63,982 bases of DNA, taken from positions 1 to 63,982 of the forward strand of contig PMTB01000064.1 in the NCBI GenBank assembly GCA_003167475.1, given 5' to 3'. Within the stretch, counting starts at the first letter, position 1. Each line of letters opens with the position of its first letter. This document shows positions 17,146 to 26,903 of this stretch, in pieces. The position numbers and the translations under genes are program-made. The notes beneath the pieces were generated by a model. The model saw only the letters and a list, made by a program, of their open reading frames with translations, did not search any database and was not told where the DNA came from. The stretch comes from a candidate division FCPU426 bacterium (GTDB lineage Bacteria > Oederibacteriota > PGYV01 > Palsa-1178).

Positions 17146-18990
17146 TCAGGGGTTTTTGACGCTTTTGTACCTGAAAAACAGCGCGATTATTATCAGTGAA
17201 TACGCCGCAAGAACAAAATAGAACGGCGTAATTATAGCACTAAAGGTTGGAAAAATCCACATTAAAGCCGGAATTTTGGCCGATATGACCGAGTATATCT
17301 TTTCTTTTCCGCTGGCGTACCTGAAAAATGGCATCACCATAAGGATAAACGATATGAGGACCGACACAAAGACCGCGGCTTTGAAAAACCTGTCCTTCAT
17401 GATGGCCGTATTCTGCATGAAATAAGCCGCGGCCACGGCAAGGGCCGGTATTGACGGGATAAGCTGCCTGGCCGGGGTCATCGAACCGCCCCAATTATTC
17501 ATGAAAAAGAACATGAGCACGTAAGGCATGAAAAGCGCGGCAGGGATAAGCACCTTTGTTTCCCTTTTTATTGCCGCGGCCGCAAGCCCGTATAACGGCA
17601 CGACCATGAACCAATTATAACTTATCAGCCCGAAATCCCTGTCGAAAAGAATGCCGAAAAATGACGTTATCGCGTATGGCAGTGTGAAAATAAAATAGAC
17701 AGTGCTGCTGAGATATGTGCTTGTGACCGCGGTGAAGGCGAATTTTCCGTATATGCCGTAATAGTAATAAAGCATGAGGGAACCAAAAAAAATAACCGGT
17801 ATATTATTGACCGCCTCCTTTTTTAACCTGAAAGTTTTTTCCTTGTAAGCAAGCCAGTAGTAATAAATATATAAAGTTACGGACACGAGGGACAGTTTGG
17901 TATGGAAAAAAGGGAGTATCCCTATCATGACAAAAAACACCCACATATGCTTAATTGACCTTCTCCGCGCCAGTAAAAGCATGGCCCCCGTTATCAGGAG
18001 CACCGCCGGTATTTCGGTCAGCACAAGCGACGAGTCCGCAGCCACCGGGATGGTAAAACCGATAATACAGGCGCAGGAAATTGAAATTTTTTCAGCGAAA
18101 CCGTACTCCATAAGCAGCAGGTAGAGAAGCGCGATAAAAAGCGCGGTGAGGGCATCCATGAACAGCTGCACGCCATACCTCCCGGTGAACCTGAAAATAA
18201 GGCTGATAAGGGCGGGCAGCCCCGGGGAATGTATGGAATATATTCCTTTCCCGCCTTTGCCGGCGGTGTTATGCATGTTCTGCCAGTCCAGGACCGTGGG
18301 ATAATATTCGCTTATGGATTTTGTGTCCGCGTAGTTGTTCGTAAGGTCCAGGTCAAAATCCTGGGATATGCTTTTGGCTATCAGAAGGTAATGCGGCTCA
18401 TCCCCCGTAGGCGGGTAAACCAGCGTCACATATGATGTCGCGACCCCGAAAAAAATAAAAAAAACCATGAAAATTGACATGATCCTGGCGTTTTCATTGG
18501 AAGGCAGTCCGGTTAAGTACATCTTATAACAGAACCTCAAGGCCGTCACGAAAGCAATGAAAACTATGACCGCGCCGAACAGTATGAAAAAACAATACCC
18601 CGCGAAATTTACGTGCATATAATGTTTAAACGGAATATATATGCTCCCCACCACTTTCAGGGAATAATTTGCCAGGGAATTATAATACCTTATTATGACG
18701 GGCATTATTAATGAAGCCGGAATTCCGGCGGAAAATATAATGGCGTTAATTTTAAACTCTTTTCCCGGTTCCGCTTTGAATGTTTCGGAAAAAATCAATG
18801 AAATATAAAACCACGCGATAGTAAAGACCACGGAGGTTAAAACAGAGCACAAAAGCATTGGCAGGAATTTTATGGATAACAGGCTTAAAGGCGTGTCGTT
18901 GAGCTGCTGCCCGGCGAAAGCCATGATTATTCCCGTGAGTCCGCCTGAAAGCGCCGGAAATATCCCGAGGAGAATATTATTTTTTTTCAT
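17146..18990 (-). CDS. large polytopic membrane protein, possibly GT-C-like
   Basis: 614 aa with many TM helices and a periplasmic-loop motif PPTGDEPHYLLIAKS. Function uncertain. Confidence 0.4.
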   Translation of the reverse strand: MKKNNILLGIFPALSGGLTGIIMAFAGQQLNDTPLSLLSIKFLPMLLCSVLTSVVFTIAWFYISLIFSETFKAEPGKEFKINAIIFSAGIPASLIMPVIIRYYNSLANYSLKVVGSIYIPFKHYMHVNFAGYCFFILFGAVIVFIAFVTALRFCYKMYLTGLPSNENARIMSIFMVFFIFFGVATSYVTLVYPPTGDEPHYLLIAKSISQDFDLDLTNNYADTKSISEYYPTVLDWQNMHNTAGKGGKGIYSIHSPGLPALISLIFRFTGRYGVQLFMDALTALFIALLYLLLMEYGFAEKISISCACIIGFTIPVAADSSLVLTEIPAVLLITGAMLLLARRRSIKHMWVFFVMIGILPFFHTKLSLVSVTLYIYYYWLAYKEKTFRLKKEAVNNIPVIFFGSLMLYYYYGIYGKFAFTAVTSTYLSSTVYFIFTLPYAITSFFGILFDRDFGLISYNWFMVVPLYGLAAAAIKRETKVLIPAALFMPYVLMFFFMNNWGGSMTPARQLIPSIPALAVAAAYFMQNTAIMKDRFFKAAVFVSVLISFILMVMPFFRYASGKEKIYSVISAKIPALMWIFPTFSAIITPFYFVLAAYSLIIIALFFRYKSVKNP

Positions 18991-19690
18991 TGGCGGAAGC
19001 CATAATTTTTTTATCCCTGAAAAACTGCCAGGACTTTCCGCTTAAAACATAAACCCTTGCCTTTCTTCTTCCCCACCTCAGTGCTTCTTTGGTGGTATTA
19101 TAGCAAAGGTCTATCCTTTTGCCCTTTATGTCCCCTCCGGTATCCCCGGCCCAGGCAAAACCGTAACCTTCCACAAAAATCAGCGACCGCAGGGCTATGA
19201 CCCTGGGGTCCACAGCCGCAATACCGTACCTCGTGCGCCAGCCAAGCGCGGTTTCCCCGGCCCATTCCAGACTGTTGGATTCCGGTGACGGATCGTAGGC
19301 TGTGGCTTCCATATCGTAGGCATAATGGGCGAAACATTCCTTCGGCACTATTATCGGATTGGCTCCGCGCGACGCTCCAACGACCAAGAAGGCGCTTTCG
19401 GGTTTTTTTATAAGTTCGGTCTCATAATAGGGCCTGCTTAAGGCACTACGGCCGAAAACTGAAATATTTTCCATAACCGCGTTTTTATAACCGTATTTTC
19501 CCTCCTTAAGCCAGATCTTCCAGCCTTTCTGGACATAGGGATTTTTCCTCGTTACTATCCTGTACTGTATTTTTTCACGGCCGGTTGAGTACGCTGACGA
19601 TGCGCCAAACGCGAAAACCGCGGATATTGCCCATAAAATGGCGACCGCGCCTGTGATGAATTTTATGTAGCCTGCGTTTTTTTGCTCCAC
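18977..19690 (-). CDS. 3D-domain (MltA-like) cell-wall protein with N-terminal anchor
   Basis: The C-terminal GIAAVDPRVIALRSLIFVEGYGFAWAGDTGGDIKGKRIDL matches the 3D domain pattern. Confidence 0.7.
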   Translation of the reverse strand: MEQKNAGYIKFITGAVAILWAISAVFAFGASSAYSTGREKIQYRIVTRKNPYVQKGWKIWLKEGKYGYKNAVMENISVFGRSALSRPYYETELIKKPESAFLVVGASRGANPIIVPKECFAHYAYDMEATAYDPSPESNSLEWAGETALGWRTRYGIAAVDPRVIALRSLIFVEGYGFAWAGDTGGDIKGKRIDLCYNTTKEALRWGRRKARVYVLSGKSWQFFRDKKIMASANEKK

Positions 19691-19694
19691 TTCA

Positions 19695-20765
19695 TTATCC
19701 TATGATCATTTTTCTGTTTGTAACCGAGTATACGTTGTATGAGCCTGTCTTTCCCTTGACCTCGACCGGCGCCAGGTTGTCAACCTCAACAAAATTCTGC
19801 ACAATTTTGTATATGTCCTCGGATATCAACACCTGCCCGTCGGCCGCTTTGCCGCACAGCCTGCTCGCAAAGTTAACCGTATCTCCGATGACCGTATGTT
19901 CCATGCGCTCTTGTGAGCCTATATTGCCGGCGACTATTTCACCGCGCGCCAGTCCTATTCCCAGGCCCAAAGCAAGGTTTGGGTCTATTTCTTCCTTCCA
20001 CTTCCTCATAAGTATCTGGAACTGCGACTGTATATCAAGAGCCGCAAGTATCGCCTTGTCTGAGTCCATGAAATCCCTGTACTTTGAAGGCGCCTCAAAG
20101 ACCGCCATGACGGCGTCCCCTATGTATTTATTAACCCTGCCGCCGTTCTTGTCTATTATTTTTGTGGACATGGAAAGGTAGTCGTTCAGTATCCTGATCA
20201 CCTTATCGGGATCGTAATACTCTGTCATGGCCGTAAAACCGCGAAGGTCGGAAAAGAAGACCGTGGCTATTATTTTTTTGCCGCCGATGTACATCTCGTG
20301 TATGCCGCGCTGATCGATCTCTTTTTTTACGTTCGGGTCAAGGAATGTGCCGATCGTCTTGGAATATTTGTCCTTGTCTTTTTTTACCTCAAGGAACGAG
20401 TTAACAAAGGAGTTGAAAAGGGTTATTATATCCTTATAAGAGTTCCCAAAATCCTTTTTTCCGTGCATTTTATACTTTACAGGCAGCAGCTCCCTGCATC
20501 TTAATTCCTCCACAAGGTAATTGAGTATTCTTCTTGCGAAAAATCCCAACACGAGCATCACGAATAAATATATCAAAAGCCCGAAATATATTATGCCCAG
20601 TATGGCCGTGGAGGTTATTTCCTCCCACGGGGATATGCTTATGAGCTGCCTCAAAAATTTTTCGGTTATGAACTGGAGGGGGATATACCCGAAGGCGATC
20701 AAAAGCCCTATGCCGATGCTGATGATCAAAGTCCTTTTTATTGGCGGCCTTGCATTTTTATCCAT
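19695..20765 (-). CDS. membrane-anchored class III adenylate/guanylate cyclase
   Basis: Two N-terminal TM helices. Cyclase motifs FFSDLRGFT, KYIGDAVMAVF and GDTVNFASRL. Confidence 0.85.
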   Translation of the reverse strand: MDKNARPPIKRTLIISIGIGLLIAFGYIPLQFITEKFLRQLISISPWEEITSTAILGIIYFGLLIYLFVMLVLGFFARRILNYLVEELRCRELLPVKYKMHGKKDFGNSYKDIITLFNSFVNSFLEVKKDKDKYSKTIGTFLDPNVKKEIDQRGIHEMYIGGKKIIATVFFSDLRGFTAMTEYYDPDKVIRILNDYLSMSTKIIDKNGGRVNKYIGDAVMAVFEAPSKYRDFMDSDKAILAALDIQSQFQILMRKWKEEIDPNLALGLGIGLARGEIVAGNIGSQERMEHTVIGDTVNFASRLCGKAADGQVLISEDIYKIVQNFVEVDNLAPVEVKGKTGSYNVYSVTNRKMIIG

Positions 20766-20793
20766 AAGACGCTCCTTAAATATCCAAGGCCGT

Positions 20794-21456
20794 TTAGAAA
20801 AGGTCCTGTATTTTTTTCAGGCTCAACTGCCTGAAATCATTCACGCGCAGGTCTGCTCCGGTGATCAGATGGCTTTTGTCCCTGTTTATAGCCACGCATT
20901 TTATCTTCGCGTTGACGGCCGCATCTATACCTATCTGCGCGTCCTCGAAAACGATGCATTCGGAAGGCTTAAGTTTTAATTTTTTAGCCGCAATAAGGAA
21001 TATGTCCGGGTGCGGTTTGCCCTTCTCAAGCAGCGCGCCTTCCACTTCAGCGTCAAAGTAGGGATACACTTTTACTTTTTTTAGTATGGGCCCGGCATTC
21101 CTGCTTGAAGATGCCATTGCGAGCCTGATTCCCTTTGCCTTGAGCGTTTTTATAAAATCAATAGTGGTCTTAAAGACCTTAATTTTTCCTGTTTTAAGTA
21201 TCCTTTCAAATTGTTCCTGTTTCTTTTCACAGATGTCCGCTATCTGGGCGTCAGTGGCTTCCGGGAGTATTGTCCTGGCGCCGAAAGACCTTGGCTTGCC
21301 GTCAACTTTCGACTTAAAATCCCTGAATGTGAATTTAACCCCGTATTTTTTCAGCACGATTTCCCACGATTTATGGTGGGTGTGCGCGGTGTCGACTATT
21401 ACGCCGTCAACATCAAATATAGCCCCTTTAAAACCCGGTTTTTTTTTGTCTGCCAT
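20794..21456 (-). CDS. HAD-superfamily hydrolase (beta-phosphoglucomutase-like)
   Basis: DxDG motif (FDVDGVIVDT), SSS/K/ED motifs. Start placed at the Met preceded by GGAG. Confidence 0.75.
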   Translation of the reverse strand: MADKKKPGFKGAIFDVDGVIVDTAHTHHKSWEIVLKKYGVKFTFRDFKSKVDGKPRSFGARTILPEATDAQIADICEKKQEQFERILKTGKIKVFKTTIDFIKTLKAKGIRLAMASSSRNAGPILKKVKVYPYFDAEVEGALLEKGKPHPDIFLIAAKKLKLKPSECIVFEDAQIGIDAAVNAKIKCVAINRDKSHLITGADLRVNDFRQLSLKKIQDLF

Positions 21457-21480
21457 GTCAGTCTCCATTCCCAATATTCG

Positions 21481-22149
21481 TTATACGCACATTTCTTTCA
21501 TCTTTGCCGCGTCTTTTATTATGAACAGCCTGTTCTTAACGCTTATAAGCCCATCGGCTTCAAGCTGTGTCAGGGTCCTTGTAGTTGTCTCCCTGGTCAA
21601 CCCCGCGAGGTCGGCAATCTCCTGATGGGTGAATTTGGTGGTTTCCAGATCGCCCTCCAGGTCCATAAGCACGCACACAACCCTGCCCCTGGCGTCGCCA
21701 AGGGCCAGATTTTTTATATCCCTGTCGGCTTTTGCAAGCCTTTCAGAGAGCGTCTTGATTATCTGCATGGGTATGGAAGGCTCGTTCTGTATCAGGTGGA
21801 CGAAATTTTCCTTTGAAATGCTTATTGTCACTACATTGCTTATGGCCTCGACTGTGGCGCTCCGCACATCCTTTGTCAGTATGGCCATCTCGCCGAACGA
21901 ATCGTACTGCCGGAGGATTGCAAGCGTTTTTGTCTTGCCTTCTTTTGTGTACTTGGTTATCTTGACCTTTCCGTCCTTGATTATGTGGAGTGTCTCGCCT
22001 GAGTCGCCCTCGGAAAAAACCACGCCGCCTTTCTTGAACGAATTCTGTTTTGACTCATCCGCGATCAGGGCAAGGCCCTTGACGGAAATCTCGCCGAATA
22101 ATTTTGTCTTTTTCAAAAAAACGACTATTTCCTTATGATTTTTTTCCAT
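21481..22149 (-). CDS. Crp/Fnr-family transcription regulator
   Basis: A cNMP-binding beta-barrel (FGEMAIL...RSATV) plus a C-terminal HTH (HQEIADLAGLTRETTTRTL). Confidence 0.85.
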   Translation of the reverse strand: MEKNHKEIVVFLKKTKLFGEISVKGLALIADESKQNSFKKGGVVFSEGDSGETLHIIKDGKVKITKYTKEGKTKTLAILRQYDSFGEMAILTKDVRSATVEAISNVVTISISKENFVHLIQNEPSIPMQIIKTLSERLAKADRDIKNLALGDARGRVVCVLMDLEGDLETTKFTHQEIADLAGLTRETTTRTLTQLEADGLISVKNRLFIIKDAAKMKEMCV

Positions 22150-22213
22150 TGACCACCGTCATTTGTTTTTTTTCATTTATATGATACAACCGAAAAACCC
22201 TTTAAATCTATGC

Positions 22214-22330
22214 AATTCTTTATCGTGTTCGGTGCTGACAAATATTGACTCAGACCTTTGCGCGATACCCCTTTATAATACAAGCGCAAAATTCTGAGGC
22301 AAAATTTGTCAGCATCGGACACGACTTAAC
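22214..22330 (-). repeat. structured ~117-nt inverted-repeat element, copy A (family shared with 33124..33242)
   Basis: Shares the ends AATTCTTTATCG.GT.CG and ATCGGAC.CGACTTA.C and the core CCTKTGCGC...CCYTTATAATACAAGCGCA.AAT with copy B. About 39-nt arms pair despite differing in sequence from copy B. Confidence 0.75.
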
Positions 22331-22351
22331 ATAAAGGCTTTTGAGCAGTCT

Positions 22352-24970
<2,619 letters not shown>

Positions 24971-25225
24971 TTAGCTTCCTCCTGAATTTGCCTTAATAAG
25001 CCTTTTGATCAGTTTACCGGCCGATATCTTTGAATAATAAATAAGCGGATCGCTCCGCTTTTTAACCAGAACAAAACTGCTGTTTCCCTCTGATATGTTT
25101 TTAAGCCTGAACCTGGCTTTATACGACTCTATCAAAGCGCTGTTACCGGGGCAATCGCTGAAAATGCCGACGATATCGGTCCCGTTGAGCACAAGGTCGC
25201 CGCCAATATGAAGACTTTGTATCAC
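24971..25225 (-). CDS. DUF370 (RemB/YaaB-like) small protein
   Basis: 84 aa in the conserved position immediately upstream of gyrB. N-terminus LHIGGDLVLNGTDIVGIF. Confidence 0.6.
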   Translation of the reverse strand: MIQSLHIGGDLVLNGTDIVGIFSDCPGNSALIESYKARFRLKNISEGNSSFVLVKKRSDPLIYYSKISAGKLIKRLIKANSGGS

Positions 25226-25503
25226 TGCCTCATCCTCGCGATGATATCTTTTACCGCGTCAGACTTGAAATATGCGTTTATCCGGGCCTTTAAAACGCGT
25301 TTTTTGTACGTGATTTCACTCATTATAACACTATTTTCAGCGTAAATAAATAGTTTCTTTTTATCATACTTGAAAGGCTTTGTTCCTTTGGCAAGGTCCC
25401 CGGCAATTTTTTCCCAGTTGTCCTTTATGGTATCGCCCATGTCAACTTTATCTATCCTGTTCCTGCTGATAAACTTGTCGAGGAGGTTTTTTATGGAATC
25501 CAA
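25222..25503 (-). CDS. DUF721 / DciA-like protein
   Basis: 93 aa with the pattern NWEKIAG..LAKGTKP...KKLFIYAENSVIMSEI typical of DUF721, in origin-cluster context. Confidence 0.6.
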   Translation of the reverse strand: MDSIKNLLDKFISRNRIDKVDMGDTIKDNWEKIAGDLAKGTKPFKYDKKKLFIYAENSVIMSEITYKKRVLKARINAYFKSDAVKDIIARMRQ

Positions 25504-25508
25504 TCTAT

Positions 25509-26891
25509 TTATCCCTTGTCATTGACGTAAAACGGCGTCTCAAAGTAAACGTTCCCTGTCAATCCCACAACAGGGTAGAGGATCACGCCCCTTGTGTTCA
25601 GGGTTGAATTAAATGCCGCCTCCAGCTTGAAAGAAAAATACCTCACCGGGAACAGTTCCAGGCCCGCCCCGCCGCCGGCGGTAAAACAGGTGTTGTTATA
25701 TTTTTTTGTGGTCCCGTCGTCATATTTATACTGTTCGGATACTATGGATAATCCGGCCCCTAATTTTAAGTACGGTATAAAATATACGTTTTTTTTGTAT
25801 CCTATATATCCTATGGCGTTGACAAGGATATTTGACACCGTCATATCATACTGGTAAGTGTCACCGCGTTTGTTCTCAAGCCCCAGGTTCTCCAACTGCA
25901 GCCCCCAAAGGAAAGCGCCCGTGATATTACAGGTGAATTCCGCGTTCAACCCAAGCCCGAATTTTGATTCATTGCTCAGATAATTCGGCGCGACAGGCAT
26001 CAGCCCCGCGGCCCCGCCGCCGAGCGATATCCTTGTCGGCTCCTCGTCCGGCCTTCTCAAGTTCAGGTAAATTTTTACCAGCGATATGAAAGCGTCGGAG
26101 GGCTCCCATAGCGCGTAAGGAACTTTCGCGTATGGTTCGTATACGGCCTTGCCTGCTTTCTCGTTGTTCCTCTTGTCGTATATATATTTCTGTATGGCCG
26201 GATCCTCAGAAAAACCCCAGTAATTATCTTTGCAATCAATATCCGCCGGGGAATAATTGGTGATATTCACCACATTCTTGAAAAAATTGTTCTTAAGTAT
26301 CGTCCCGTCGTTTTTGGGAGTGTCCTTGAAATATATGGCGAACCTTCCGTTATTGAAAGTGTTCTGGGCTATGGTATACTTTATTTCCTTGCCCTCCAGG
26401 TAAACCCCGTAAGTGTCGTTGTAAAAATAATTGTCCTTGATTAGCGCCGTTGCGAAATGATAAAGCTCCACACCCGTGGAGTTAAGTATGTAATTACTGG
26501 TTATATCCACCGGCGTGCCTCGCGAAGTTATGGCGCCCCTTATAAGTATGGTGAACTCGACCGTGCTTTTAAACCTGCTTTCAAAAACAAGCCCGTCGTA
26601 AAAACTGACATTATCATAAGGTATCATCCTTACCGGGTTTTTCGGGTCGCCCTTTGAATAAAGCGCGCCTTTGACGTATATTTTCGAGTTTTCCTTGAAT
26701 TTAACGATTGTCCCGGGATATATGGTGAGCAGGGCTGTTTTTTCAACTATGACGGTGCCGTCGACAATATACGGGGAATTTTTCGGTATCCAAACCTCGT
26801 TTGTTTTGATCACTCCGGGCGCGTTTGTGTCCGCCTTCACCGCCGCAAAAAAGAAGGCTGTGATAAAAAACAGCAGAAACTTTTTTTTCAA
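25509..26891 (-). CDS. secreted right-handed beta-helix protein with C-terminal outer-membrane beta-barrel-like domain
   Basis: Signal peptide. Repetitive N/G/Y-rich beta-helix turns. The C-terminal ~190 aa have alternating-hydrophobic strands (GAGLSIVS, AGGGAGLELFP, FKLEAAFNS). Confidence 0.55.
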   Translation of the reverse strand: MKKKFLLFFITAFFFAAVKADTNAPGVIKTNEVWIPKNSPYIVDGTVIVEKTALLTIYPGTIVKFKENSKIYVKGALYSKGDPKNPVRMIPYDNVSFYDGLVFESRFKSTVEFTILIRGAITSRGTPVDITSNYILNSTGVELYHFATALIKDNYFYNDTYGVYLEGKEIKYTIAQNTFNNGRFAIYFKDTPKNDGTILKNNFFKNVVNITNYSPADIDCKDNYWGFSEDPAIQKYIYDKRNNEKAGKAVYEPYAKVPYALWEPSDAFISLVKIYLNLRRPDEEPTRISLGGGAAGLMPVAPNYLSNESKFGLGLNAEFTCNITGAFLWGLQLENLGLENKRGDTYQYDMTVSNILVNAIGYIGYKKNVYFIPYLKLGAGLSIVSEQYKYDDGTTKKYNNTCFTAGGGAGLELFPVRYFSFKLEAAFNSTLNTRGVILYPVVGLTGNVYFETPFYVNDKG

Positions 26892-26903
26892 AATATCACC
26901 TTT

